This document shows, one piece after another, positions 10,061 to 22,877 of a DNA stretch of 64,000 nucleotides. Below the pieces are notes generated by a model that worked only from the letters and a program-made list of their open reading frames with translations, had not been told where the DNA came from and ran no database searches. The stretch comes from Monocercomonoides exilis PA203 (Eukaryota; Protista; Preaxostyla), in NCBI GenBank assembly GCA_001643675.2, contig LSRY02000018.1, positions 372,001 to 436,000 of the forward strand, written 5' to 3'. A program made the translations under genes and the position numbers. Position 1 is the first letter of the stretch. Each line of letters opens with the position of its first letter.

Positions 10061-11912
10061 TTACTCTTTTTGCTCTTATTTTTCCATTTTCATGGTAAAG
10101 TGGTCAGATTTATCACTTGTTTCATCGTTATCATTCATTATTTTTCTGAATGAACCTTTTATTTTTTTCTCCAAGGGCAATTCTTCTTCTTCAATTTCTT
10201 TTTCATTTTCAACATTTACTTCAATTTCCTTTTCTTTTTCTTTAATTTCCATCTTGTGTTTTTCATTATATTCATCCCATTCATCAAGAAGCTTTTATTT
10301 TGTGATTTCTTTTCCGAAAAGGTCGAAATATTGTGAATGAGAAGGAATGAAGTATTGAGAAGACTGAGGAAGTTTCATTAGCACAGATCCAGATCCATTG
10401 CTGAGGACTCCGCTGTTAACGAAGGCTTTTTTGATCACAGATGGTGTGAATGCTGTGTGAAGGGCTTGTGGCAACACATCTGCAACAGCTGTTCTTTTTG
10501 AAGATGAGGAGGTGGATGATGGGGAGCTGTAATTGTTTGAAAGCTCCGACTTCAATACTGCAAATACGCCTCTGTCCAGCGGTTGCGATATTTGTGAAGT
10601 ATGTGGAACGAAGGTGACGACGTCTATTTCGGTTTCTTTGAACTGTCTCCATTTCGTTGGATCAGCATGTGATGAGTGCGAGTCAAGGAGAAGAAGGCAA
10701 CGATGAAATTCCTTCAAGAAGCGTTTTCTTCTGTCAACGATAGCTGGCAGCAGGACTGTTAAGGCGTATTTTTTGAATGCTGTATTGTCCATCCAACCGT
10801 TTGTGTTTAGCCAAATGTCAAGCGACGGCGTCAACAGTGTTGTAAGTTCTTTCGGAAGAGTTGCGCTCGGCCACAGCACGACAGACGGAAGCGAGAAGCC
10901 ATCAGCAGCGATTCCAGCAACGAGAGTTGCATTCGGCATCCGTTCTGCAGTCTTTTTGAACCCTGCTTTCTCATCTGCGGGATAAACAACAACACAATAT
11001 GAAGAAGTTGGAATTCGAAGCGAAGATTCATCTATATTGAAGATTAATTCCTCTGGATATTTATTTTCATTGTGTAATACTTGTAATTCCGTATACCACG
11101 GCTTTAGGACTTTCTGACAAGATGCTGCAAGTCTGTTAATATCAACTTGCTTTGGCAGCGATTACTTTGATTCAGGATGTCTCTGTTTGAAGGTGGGTGA
11201 TTATTTTTGAAATCATATCTTTTTCCGGGGTGTTGACTTTTCAATGACTGTTGGTTTTTTGAAAGAAAATTTTAATACTAAAGAGAAAAAGCATGATAAT
11301 TGTATTTTGAAACAAATGTTTTTTCCGAATTGAAGATTAAAATGTGTTCAATAAGCCTTTTCACTTTTCAAATTATTTTTAATTGATATTCAAGAAATAT
11401 TTTTGCACCGATTTTTTTGTATGAAAAAATATGATTTCAAAAATAATCACCCAGGTATTTACTGTCTTTTGAGTTACGGTCTTTTTCTTCTTTTCTTCAT
11501 TTTCTCCTTCTTCTTCACTATCGTTAATTGTATTTTCCATCGAAATTCAAATTAATCTGGTTTGCAATTCAAATATCAATTGCAAACCTGATTGTGAGCT
11601 TTTCGCAATGTGAGGCTTGTCTCAGATCGAGATTCAATTGTAACTTTTTCAAAGAATTGCTTTTCTTTTTCGCCTCTTATAATTGGTTGATGCCCAACTT
11701 TTGCAATCAGCCTGCCATTTTTTTATAGCTTTAACAGCGTGCTCCAAAGATTTTTTGCTTATTCCACCGTATTTGACTCCATCGACCAGCCTGACAATAT
11801 TTTCATTCACAATGTGTGCAATCCTTACCAATCTTGTTTCATATTTTCTGTAATGTGATGTAGACATTGCTTCCTTCAGCCGCTTCTTCTCCCCTTCAGC
11901 TTTCTTTTTCAC
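10061..11912 (-). pseudogene. pogo/CENP-B-type (DDE_1) transposase pseudogene
   Basis: Reading through lesions gives an HTH-like N-terminus (VKYGGISKKSL...VGHQPII), TFKQRHP, LIFNIDES, NGWMD, LLLLDSHSSH, PHTSQISQPLD. Contains in-frame TAA stops, a frameshift and a MITE insertion. Confidence 0.85.
11195..11452. mobile_element. MITE family A copy 3, 258 bp, inserted in the pogo transposase
   Basis: TIRs as above, TSD AGGT; removing it plus one TSD restores the frame ...TVTQKTVNTFKQRHP. Confidence 0.93.
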
Positions 11913-12839
11913 TAGTAATTTCTTTATATATTAAGTGTAATGATCATTAACATATTTTTTCATTTATTAATTCTCATTGAAGAATTTTGATTTAATTTTT
12001 AAATTTTTGAATGAATTAGAAATATATACAAACCTTTGCGCAGTCCAATTTCTCATGAAAGCTCAATGGAAGGACTTGAACCCCCCCTTCCCCCCATGAG
12101 AAATTGGATTTCTTTTTAAATTCAAATATTAGAATACTTCACATTTGTTTTTGCTCCAAAAATGTTTTTAAAAATATCATTTGCGGGTAAGATTAATTTT
12201 TATAAAAAATAAAAGTGCTTATTAAAAGAAGACCCTTTTAAAGAAAAGCTAGGTTGGCTGTTAAATGCAATTATAATTAAAAACAAAAATCCTCAATTTC
12301 TCAATAAAGAAAAAAAATTAAAATATAAATAGATAAATAAATATTAAGATAGATAGAAAGATAGAAAATAAAAATTAATTTAAAAAAATGTAATTTAAAT
12401 GAAAAAATCAACTAATTGAACAAAATAAGTCAAAAATGCAAATAATTATGTAGAAAGCCATTTTTCCTATCCGGCAGTGAGCAATTACAAACAAAAAAAG
12501 TTCTAACACACAAATAGCCCCATTCATACGTCCACATAAAGTGTGGTTTAAAAGAATCAGAATAAATATGAAGTGAAGGTGTTGTAACGAAATTTTCATA
12601 TGAATCCGAGACAAAGAAGGAAATTTTCTTAAGATGTTGAATTGATTTTAGTCAGATTTCAGTGTTTGAGAATTTTTATTAAACAATGAGCAATCAAATT
12701 ATTCAATAATGAGGCACAAATTATTGATTAAGAATGAACATTTACTGTTTTCCATTTTCTTTTCGAAATTTTGCACCAATAAAAATACATGTTTCACAAT
12801 TCGTTTTTTTCTTCAAATTAAAAACGGATTGAAAAATTT

Positions 12840-13092
12840 TGGTGATTATTTTTGAAATCATATTATTTCTGTTAAAATATTCGATTTGAAATTTTGTTGG
12901 CATTTTTATTAATGTACATTGAAAAGTAATAACACCATCTGAAAAATATTGTCATAAATGCATCTTTAACGTTTTCTTTTGTATCAATTGCAATATAAAA
13001 ATTATGGAAAATAATAAATTTCTAGCCATTCACAAAAGATAACCATCAATCAAACTATCCGGAAAAAGCTATGATTTTTTAAATAATCACCC
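12840..13092. mobile_element. MITE family A copy 4, 253 bp, older
   Basis: (T)GGTGATTATTTTTGAAATCATA ... TATGATTTTTTAAATAATCACCC; imperfect TSD ATTT/ATTA. Confidence 0.8.
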
Positions 13093-14597
13093 ATTAATTC
13101 AAATAAATGAAAGTTTTTAACACTTTTTTTGTAATAACTACATTATTTAATCAATTATCACACAAAAAAAGAAAACAAGGTTTTATTGTCAAAACACCTA
13201 TTCACAATAAAAAAATACAATATTATTTCTCAATTTCGAATGATATCGAACAAAAGAATTATTACTATTGAAATCCACACTTCTTTTTTGTGTGAATTTC
13301 AAATGCATATATTATCAATGGAAATAAGCTATTCATGCAATTGCTGTAAATGTCATTATTGTTCAAAAGCACAAGAAAAAATGGAATTTTTGACAAATAT
13401 ATCTTCAAAAAAAGTTATCACTTTTCAATGTTCATTTTCAAAAAATTTTGAGTAATTTTTAAACAAGAACTAAAAAAACATTGCTTCAAAAAAAGAACTC
13501 ACGGATAATCAAAATGAAGGGTTTATTTTTCAAATAGTGATTACTTTCAACACTGTCCCAATTGTGTTTAAATCCAAAGTTGTGTGTTTAAAACTTTATT
13601 TTATAATTTTCATAATTAAAATTATAAGAATTATTATGAACTGAGTTCTTTTTTGGATGAAAAATAGCATCAATTAAAAAATAAATCGAATTTTTACAAA
13701 TCGAATTATGAAAAATATATCAATAGATTCCAAGCGAAGATTGAACAAAGGATTAATTGTTCGATTATTATATGATTGGTTCCATAATTTTTATGTTGCC
13801 AGTTGTGACGATAGCTGTGCAATATGATTGATTTGAGTTAAAGATTGGAAGGAGTTCAAAATCAGTAGATAAATTGTGAAATAAAAATTTATTTCTAAAG
13901 AAACCGTTTATTTCGAGATTCCCCAGTAATTTTAAATAAAAGGCAGTGTTTTAAAGAAAAACAATTTTTTTTCAATTGAGACCTGAAAGTCATGCATTTA
14001 TCAAAAAACAATGTTTTGAAGGTTGAAGTTAAAAATGCATCAACATTAAATATTGTGTTGTGCATTTCCCTTATTAAACATTTTTCGCAAGTTTTCCAAA
14101 AAAGTTTGATCTTTTCACATGGAAGTGGAAAAATGAAGTTTTTTCGCATAATAATGAATTTCATAATAAACACAAATGTTCATTGAACATTAGCATCTAT
14201 CTGAAAGATAAGTTTTTCTTAAATCTGTTGAGTTTCTCTTTTTTGGTATTTTGAACTTTCTGTATTTTAGTGAAACAACGAAATAATCAAAAACGATTGG
14301 TTTACGCTAAACCAACAAATAACATTTCACAATATTATTTAAACACTTTTCTTATTTTGAAAAATTTGCATTGATTAATATTCATTTATGTGAATAATCA
14401 AATCATTTTCAAGGTTTCTCGACACATATGGATTGAAAACAAAAATGCAATTAAAACCTGTGTGAGCATTTTATTTGCAATATTTAATGAGTTTGCACCT
14501 TTTAATTCATTTTTTTGATTATGAAGAAACACATATTCAGAAAAAATTTCTTTATGTGAAGCTTTGTAACTGCAACGCTTGCTTGAATCAAGGATGT

Positions 14598-15207
14598 GGT
14601 AATTGCACAATATACGACAGTTTATAAAAATCTGTGTGGATGATTGTAATATTGTTGTTAACTGTTTCATAAAGTGATTATGTCTTTCTTTTGTGCGGAA
14701 ACTTTTATTTTCAAATGAATCAAATTGTTATTTCCCTGTAAATTGGTATTGATCAAATATTTTTTACATCAATTATATTCAACGACAATCAAAATAAACA
14801 GATTAATAATTTAAATTCGACTGGAATGCACTCAAATATGCTTTGAACATATTCAATTTGACTTGACACCAATTTGAATAGAGCATTTTTTTATCAATGA
14901 TAAATAATTTTTATATTTAATAAAATTGAGCAATTTATGCAACAGAATTAAATCCTAACAAGTTGATTTTGGATAAAACCCTAACATTAATACTGTGATA
15001 AAAAAAGCGAACAAATAAAAACCCTAAAAAAAACTCATTCATTTCATTAAAATTGAACAGGATTTTTGAATATCACGAAAATTGAAAATACCATATTTTG
15101 CAGTTTCCGCACACAATAGGCAGAAAAAATCTTATGTGCACAATGTGGTATCATGATAGCTGTGACATATGACTATTTTGTGACCGGTCGTATCTTGTGC
15201 ATTAACC
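14598..15207. mobile_element. 610-bp non-autonomous TIR element, family B (GG...CC, 8-bp TSD; Merlin-like by inference)
   Basis: TIR GGTAATTGCACAATATACGAC / GTCGTATCTTGTGCATTAACC, subterminal GTGCGGAAACT at both ends, perfect TSD AAGGATGT (14590-14597, 15208-15215). Confidence 0.88.
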
Positions 15208-15337
15208 AAGGATGTTGATAACACACAAAATAATACACTGGTTTGATATCATTGCTGAAACAAAATCTTGATTGAAAAATATTTTTTCTTGTAATTTTTG
15301 CAAAACTGTTTTCGGAATGAAAAACATTTCTAAAAGG

Positions 15338-16900
15338 ATGGACAAAGACAGAAAATCCTTGGAATGAATTCTTTGATTGAAGAAAAGAATGAAAAAGAAT
15401 TTGTATCAGCTTTCACAAAAGGAGCTGTTCAACAAAATTTAAAAATTGATCAAAGAAAGGAAAATATCAGTCGAAAATGCGTTATTCGTGATGAAGCACA
15501 TGGGATTTTGCAACGCGCTATTAGACATGATAAACTTCGGTTTTTTGTTTTCTTCGTTAAACGAAAGATTTGAAAAGATGATTGTTAATGAACAGAAGAG
15601 AAAAGATGAAAAGAACGAAAAGCTTCAAACGTATCTTTGCGAATGCTATTTTTTGTTAAACATTGTTACTTCGTAACAATTGATATCTGTTTGTGTACCC
15701 TATCTTCTGAAAGCTGTGTTGAAGAAAGATGAAAACGAGGAAGCTCAAAAAGAAGTGGAAATTGTATTGCTGGCTATGAGCAATATTCGATATTGTGTAT
15801 GAACGTTCCTTTTTTTCCTATCATCTTTTTTTTGTTGATACTGTTGAATTTTTAATCTTTTTAATAAGGTTGTTGAACTAGAATTGCATGTGGATGCTAT
15901 CAAAGAGATCATCCAATATCATCAGGAGCATCACAACCTTAAACAACTTGCCTATTAGTCTGCTTTGATATTTTTGGTGAACAGGTTTTGCAAAGGTTTC
16001 TCATTTGAAAACGTTATTGTGAATGAACTGCATTTTGCAAAATAGGAGACAAAAGAACTGGAGAGTTGTCGAAGAGTGTGGATCTGAAGAAGAAAGAAGA
16101 AGAGGAAAAAGGAAAAGTGAAAGAAGTGCTGGTTATTTGTAGATGGATTATCGAAATTAACTATTTCTTATTGTGGCACAAATTGTTGAATGAAGAATGT
16201 TCTGCACTTATTGGCTATGTTGAAGGAGTGCTTGTTACATCAAAGGACTGTCGCGAGGAGATTTGCAAACAATTCACATTTTAATTGAAAGTAGCAACGG
16301 GTGACAGATTTGTGAAAGTTGGTTGCTTGATAAGATGTTAAGGTACTGATGAATTTGTGGTGGAGATCCAAAAATCAACAAGGTTGACGAAATGATATGG
16401 GTGATTATTTATGAAATCATAACTTTTTTCGGAGTGTTGATTATTGTGAAAGAGTATTGTCATTGACCTAATTATTTTCTACAAAATTAAAATGTTATTT
16501 AAATATTTATAGGGAAAACGCTAAATATGAAAAATGGATTGAATTGATTTTTATTTGAGTTGTTACTTATATGTGCTCAATAAAAAAAGAATTTCAAAAC
16601 AAAATAATCAAACCGAAATGTTTGTTCGAAAAAATCTGATTTCAAAAATAATCACCCATATATTATTTTTTTGGAGTATTTTTTGTGATTTCAAGGCGAT
16701 TGAAAGAAAATGAAAATTGTAAATTCAACGAAAAAGGAAGAAAGGCAAGCAAAAGGATAGCTTTCGAATAGATAACAAAGAAGAATAAGAAGATTTCAAT
16801 GCAAGCTTATTTGGAGCGTCACATTTTCTTAATGGCAAATAATTTTTTGAAACACCGTTGAATATTTCAAAATTCTTTGAGATTATATAAGGAAATGAAC
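15338..16900 (+). pseudogene. Fragmented pseudogene of an expanded helical hypothetical-protein family
   Basis: Protein-like fragments in shifting frames (MNSLIEEKNEKEF..., MIKERKISVENAL..., LSKSVDLKKKEEE...) with stops, frameshifts and a MITE insertion. Confidence 0.6.
16399..16657. mobile_element. MITE family A copy 5, 259 bp
   Basis: GGGTGATTATTTATGAAATCATA ... TGATTTCAAAAATAATCACCC, TSD ATAT. Confidence 0.9.
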
Positions 16901-17056
16901 TGCATTTTTTTCATTTTCTCTTTTTTATTATTGCTTTGTTTCATTTCGAATTTGTGAATTAATGTATTTTCAAAATAACTTCTTGTTTCTAATTTTGTGA
17001 AATGAAACAGAAAAAGAAAATTTATGCGTTACAAAATTAAACACATTGTATTTTTT

Positions 17057-18310
17057 TCAAGCATTTACGTAATAATCTGCAATATCTAACGATAAATGAT
17101 GATTTCCATTGTGGAAAAAATCAATTATTTCATTAAAGCTTATGATAACGTTTTCTAATCCATCTTCTTCTATCTTTACAAATGTTTTCCTTTTTGTCGT
17201 TTTCCTTTTCGCTCCTTCCATTTCATCTTTCTCCTTTCCTTTCAACCTCCATGAAACACATTTAAAAAATCCTAAGAATTTACCTTCTATTTTGTCATAC
17301 ATTGTCGATCGCTGAATCTCCTCCAACAAAGCTACAAAAGCTCCAAGGCTCAGTCAGAAATCAATCTTCAAGTAAGTCGTCCACAAATAGCTATTCGTCA
17401 AACTGAACAACAGTCCGATTGTTGTTGGGGAATATGAAGATAGCTTTTCTGTTCCAATAGAACTTTTCTCTTTTCCCGTTCCAATGACTGAAATCTTCTT
17501 TTCTTCAATCTTAATAGTTGTTGCCTCACAAACATGATCCCCTTCCAGCAGCGTGACTGACAAGCTTATCTGCACCTCACACATCTCAAATGCTTTCTTC
17601 ACTGTCAGACACGGATTTGATTCATTTGCCCCACAAAGCGGAAATGCATCATTTCCATTCGCTGAAACATAAATCGTCTTGTACTTCAGCCAATCCTTCT
17701 TTTCTGTGTGTTAATATGTCCAGGCACCAGCATTCGAGTAGTTGTATGAATAGCACGATCTCTGTTCATTCGCGTTTGTGATGCAACATTTATAGAACGG
17801 ATTATATGAGTTCAAAAAGATATTGCAATAATCTGAATAGATAATGTCGCAGTCATATTGAACATTGACCAGGCATTTGCTTCCATGGAAGAACATAAAA
17901 TAGTAATAAATTCCATCATTTGGAGCTGTTGCTTTAACTGGATAAAATAAAAGTCCTTTTCCTTCTCTCAGTGCTGAGCAAAAAATAAATTGAAAATTCC
18001 TCATTTTGAATTTTGTGGGAACGCATTCAACGCATGTCTCTTCCACCGAATCTGTAAGCAAATGTTAACTAACTGAGCACTCAAACGTGCATTGCTCATT
18101 ATATTCTTCAATTATCTTGTTTTTGAATCTCGATGTTCAAATCTAAAATTTCTTGCAGAAGAAGTCCTCTTTTGTTAAATTGCTTTGAATGTTGACTTTC
18201 ACACAATTACGCGCATCTAATCTTCGAATTATTTTTTGCTTTCTTTTCCTTTTCTCGCTTTACAATCACTCTTTCTTTTGACAAGTTTCACTCTTTTAAA
18301 TTTGCATGCC
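17057..18310 (-). pseudogene. Degraded, probably chimeric pseudogene (fragment of the Cys-rich surface-protein family plus a helical-family tail)
   Basis: Broken ORFs 17711-18061, 17354-17602 (CG...PC.T-type context, ISVIGTGKEKSSIGT) and 17057-17329. Confidence 0.5.
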
Positions 18311-19145
18311 ATCTCATAATCTCAAATTTTCGAAGACGACATGATGTAACTTTTATGAGTTTCATGTCTGACCTTCATATCTCCTATCATTTCTTTCTGA
18401 ATTGCAAATTTTTATTTTGTAATTGGAGACCATAATTGTTCAAAAAAAAATAAACAAACAATTATATTTCTCTTTAATGGAAATGTGTAATTTGTCAAAG
18501 CTTTATTTATTTTTCAAAATTTCATTTTATGAAAAAAATATTATAATAATGTGAGAAATCAATTGGAAAATCTTGAGAATTCACAAAAAAACCGCATTCA
18601 GATTGAAATAGTTGATTTAGTTTTTCCAACTGATGATATTTTTCACAGACAATAATCACCAACACAAATACTCATGCCACGTTAATGCTTTGATTATTTA
18701 AAATCCAATTTGAACTTAATGTTAATTAAACTCAAAAAATGAATTTTAAAAAAATCTTTCCATTGAAAATGCACAAAATACAATTCAGAATATTGCATCA
18801 ACAATTTTATGTTACAAATATTTCAATTCAATGTTTTTAAAAACGTCCAGTAGATTTAAGATTTTATCGGTTATTTCAAAATAACTGTGTTAATTTAAAA
18901 TTCGTGGCTGAAACTTGAAATAACACAAATAATTTGAAATAACCGATTTATTTCACATTTTATCTAGTGATTAATCATTTGTTGGCAACAAAATTTTTTT
19001 ATTTTTTAATATTCAATTATCAACAAAAAAAAGTTTTCTTATCTTTTCTTTTTTTCTTCATTCTTTTATTTTTTCTTTTATTCTTTATTCTTCTTCTTTT
19101 CTTTCTTTTTTTTTCTTTTCTTCTTCTTCTTCTTTTTTTTTTTTA

Positions 19146-19253
<108 letters not shown>

Positions 19254-19831
19254 TAAAACTTTATTGTTAAATCTCGTTTTTTTATAAAAATTTATGAAAT
19301 GTTTATTGATTTTTGAAAATAGTTATTTTCTTTTATGAGAATGGCGCTTTTGTTTCAAAATTTGTGTTGGATAACCTTCAGATTTTATTGTTCTTTGGAA
19401 AAAACAGCTCCGTTAATGAATAATACTTCGTTTTTTCAATTTTAATAATCAATTTGAAATATCTGAAAAAAATTTTTTTAAATTCAAATTCTTCAAATTG
19501 TCAAAATATTTATCAATTAATATGAATGTATCAAAATAAAAAATGAACAAATAGATGAACATAGAAATAAATGTGATTGCAGTTAATTCTTTTTTTGAAA
19601 ACGATCTTTCTTGAAATGTTACTGAGACGAATTATTAATTTGATGATAATCAAAGAATGTATGTCAAATAAATATTCATAATTTTAATCAACGCAAGGCA
19701 GTTTTTCGTGAAAGTGATAGAAGTGAGAACAGAAACCACACGCAAATAAAAAAATTCATTGATAAAAAACAATAGAAGTTAAACAAAGAAAGATTTATGT
19801 AGCAGTTAGCAAATACTAGAATATAACATTC

Positions 19832-20771
19832 TCATAATTCAATTTTCGCATTTGGTCGCTTTTTTTCAACCATTTGTTTAACTTTCATTCTTTTGTATTT
19901 TTCCAATCTCTTCTTTTCCATTTTTTCGATTGGATCTTCTTCTTCTTCATCTTCTTCTCCTGGCCCTCCTCCGGAATAGTTGACGACTGTTGATCCATCA
20001 CCCATGTCTTCTCCCTTCATCTTTGCACGCATCTTTTCAAGCTTATCGTGCTTTCTTTTTCGTTCCAAACGCTCTTTTGCTGTCGGTGGGGGTCTCTTTT
20101 TCTTTGGATCAAACGACACAAGCTCAATATCATATTCCAATGTTGAATCTGGTGGAATCATATCAACGACTCCTTTTCTTCCATAGCCAAGCTTAGGTGG
20201 AATTATCAAATGCCTCTTTTCTCCCGTACACATCCCCAATACTCCCTTTAAAAACGAGTTCAATGTTAATCATATAAATAAAATTTAAAGTTAATGTTAA
20301 AATGAATTTGTGGATAAACCTCTTCCCATCCTTAAAAATATAAAAATAATTTGTGAAAATGATTTTGCTGAAAGAAATAAAACCTTTGATAACATGGTGT
20401 TCTCCAACTAGAAATTCAAATGTTTCATCTCGCTTATATGAATTATCAAATTCTTCATTTGTGTTGTAAAGACGTCCAATATAATGAACCTAAAATAAAA
20501 AATGTTTCCGGAAAGGATTGAAGATATTTTAACAATATGAAGAAAAAGATAGCTCAGTTAACTGAAAACAAATACATGACCATACACGAACGACATGATG
20601 CTTCTCAACTTTTCTGTAACAATCGGTATCACCTCCAATTGTTTCGATTTTTAATTCCTTTGGTGGTGGAGGCTTAAGTCCCTGTTTAACGAGATCATCT
20701 TCGTCGTCGTCAAAATCGTCAATAGCATAAATACCAATGAGAAACAAAAGACTCACGGCAATTAAACCCAT
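19832..20771 (-). CDS. Secretory-type FKBP peptidyl-prolyl isomerase, 4 exons (20771-20586, 20489-20384, 20330-20320, 20245-19832)
   Basis: Signal-peptide-like N-terminus; spliced product VRVHYIGRL...[48 protein letters not shown]...IPPDSTLEYDIELV; GT-AG introns. Confidence 0.92.
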
Positions 20772-21013
20772 TGATTCGATCAAACTGCCCCATTACAAAT
20801 GTGAAAATATAAAAATTTTTTCGCCAATGAGACCAAAATGCTTCACACTTTTTTAAAAATGATTCATTCAATAAAACTATTTGCGTTTTTAAAAATATAA
20901 GAAATGCGGACAGTGACAGTCTTAACTTTCCTCCGATCTCGAGCTGCGATGTGGAAAAAAGATTTAAAGGAGATCAAAGAAACCAGATCTGCCTTTAGAA
21001 TATAAGAAGTGTT

Positions 21014-21805
21014 TTATCTGTTTGATTTTGCAACACGCTCAATTTCATCTTTCTTCTTGATTGCAAAAGAGTTTGATGATCCTTTAGCAGCATTCATCAA
21101 TTCATCAGCAAGACATTCAGCCATTGTCTTTGTGTTGCGGAATGATGCAGAACGAGCCTAATTTTCATTAATAATAATTATTATTTGAGTTTTTAAAATA
21201 ATTTGAATAATTTTCATACCCCTGATGTGAGGAGATAAAGAGCTTCGTTCACGCGACGAAGAGGTGAAACATCAACAGCTTGACGACGAACAACACCACC
21301 TGATCCGATACGAGTGGAATTCTCACGGGGGCCACTGTTTTGGATTGCATCCGCCAAGATCTGAATTGGATTCTTATCGGTCATAAGATTGATGTATTCA
21401 AAGCAGTGCTTAACAATGCGAACGGCCATAATTTTCTTACCATTGTTACGTCCATGCCTTTGAACGGTAAATGGAAACACAAAAAGAATTAAATGGATCA
21501 ATTGAGTATTGAATCAATGATTAATAAAAATATTAAATACATCATGAGAGAATTAACAAGACGTTCAACAATTGGGCAGTTAGCCTTTTTGAATGGGTGT
21601 TTTGCATATGTTCCGGCAGTATGTGGGAGATACACCTTAGCTGTTTTGACAGCGATGTAATCCATTAAAGAGAGGTCTTGTACTGTCACGTCATCAAAAG
21701 TCCTGTTTTTATTTAATACGGATAAAAATTAACATTCATTGCAAAAAGCTAAGATTATAATTATCCAATCGCATACCACTTTCCGAAAAGCTTGACTTCT
21801 TCCAT
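21014..21805 (-). CDS. RPS5: 40S ribosomal protein S5 (uS7), 4 exons
   Basis: [10 protein letters not shown]..., [65 protein letters not shown]. Confidence 0.97.
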
Positions 21806-22086
21806 TTTCTGATCTTCACCGTTTTTCCCGAACTGACCGTAGACCTTTATTTAAATTTTAAAAATTATTTCCAATTTTTTATTGTTTGAATTTCTAAATA
21901 TTTTGAAAAAAATTTTCAACAAAAAAATGCTATTATAAAGTGTTTTTTATTTTAGAAAATTATTATTTGATTGATAAAAGCACTTTTACTTCTTCTTACA
22001 CGTGTGTTTCATATTTTTGTATTTGATGTTTCACACATATGTCAATGTTAGTCTGCAATTGTTTTATTTATAAATCGTAAGAAATT

Positions 22087-22877
22087 ATGTCTGTAAATCC
22101 AAGCGATATGGAAAATTTGATGTCTCTTCTTATTCAGCAGCAAGAGAGTTCTGGAGAAACAATGTATGCTGCCTCAAACACATCTGCGTTAGCACCATCT
22201 ACAATTCCACAAAATCCTGCAGAGTTATTTTCTTCATCTAAAAAAATGACTGAAGAAGGTTCTCGCCCTTATGGAAAGCCAAAGAAGTCAGAAAAACCTA
22301 CTGATCCAAAAGCTATTTGGACTGAGGAAGAAATAGAAAATGAAGTTTATTTTGAACTACCAGATGGCAGAGAAGAAGCAAAGTATTAAAAATTTCCTTT
22401 CTTTTTGAAAAATATTTTTTTATTAATGAATGATAGATTTGAGATTTTATACAAACAACAAGTGGGTGCTGAAGAAGTGTTTTTTGGAATGGAAGGAAAG
22501 ACTCCATCAATTGCTTCGTGCGACGCAATATCAATACGTGTTTATCTTCCAGAAGAAGAACCAAAGACTATTGTTTCTGATCTTGCACCAAAAATTTTGA
22601 CTTTAAAAAGTCAAAAATAGTTTGCTTTTTATTAAATTCTTTGAAAAAAAATTTTTTTTTTTATTTTGCAATTTTTCCTTCAATTTTCCCAATGTTAATG
22701 TGAAGCAAACTAACTCTGCCTCTTCCAAAATTTGTTCACGATAAACAAGCTGTGGCAGAATGGGATCCGACTCGGGAGACTCTTACGGTCACTGCACCCA
22801 TCGATCTTAAGCGCACTTTCGACGAATCAATACCTGAAGAGGAGGAATTACAACAAGCGAAATATGAAGTCATATAG
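22087..22877 (+). CDS. DNAAF6: Axonemal dynein assembly factor DNAAF6/PIH1D3-like, 3 exons
   Basis: IWTEEE...DGREEAKFEILYKQQVGAEEVFFGMEGKTPSIASCD...YKLTLPLPKFVHDKQAVAEWDPTRETLTVTAP matches the PIH1D3 pattern. Confidence 0.82.

Larger units (their letters stand above)
9961..12238 (-). mobile_element. Decayed pogo/Tigger-like DNA transposon (approximate boundaries)
   Basis: Degenerate inverted repeats AGGGTCATCTTTTTATTGGAACTTT (9963) versus the reverse complement of ~12200-12236 (AGGGTCTTCTTTTAATAAGCACTTT) bracket the transposase pseudogene. Confidence 0.5.

Noticed and set aside
10061-11170. In-frame TAA codons as a TAR=Gln alternative code
   Set aside because: RPS5 and PSMA7 end in TAA, DNAAF6 in TAG, and multi-kb ORFs contain none internally; this gene also has a frameshift and a MITE, so it is a pseudogene.
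12300-14560. Short ORFs in the AT-rich intergenic region
   Set aside because: Low-complexity F/I/K/N translations without motifs; likely chance ORFs or unrecognisable remnants.
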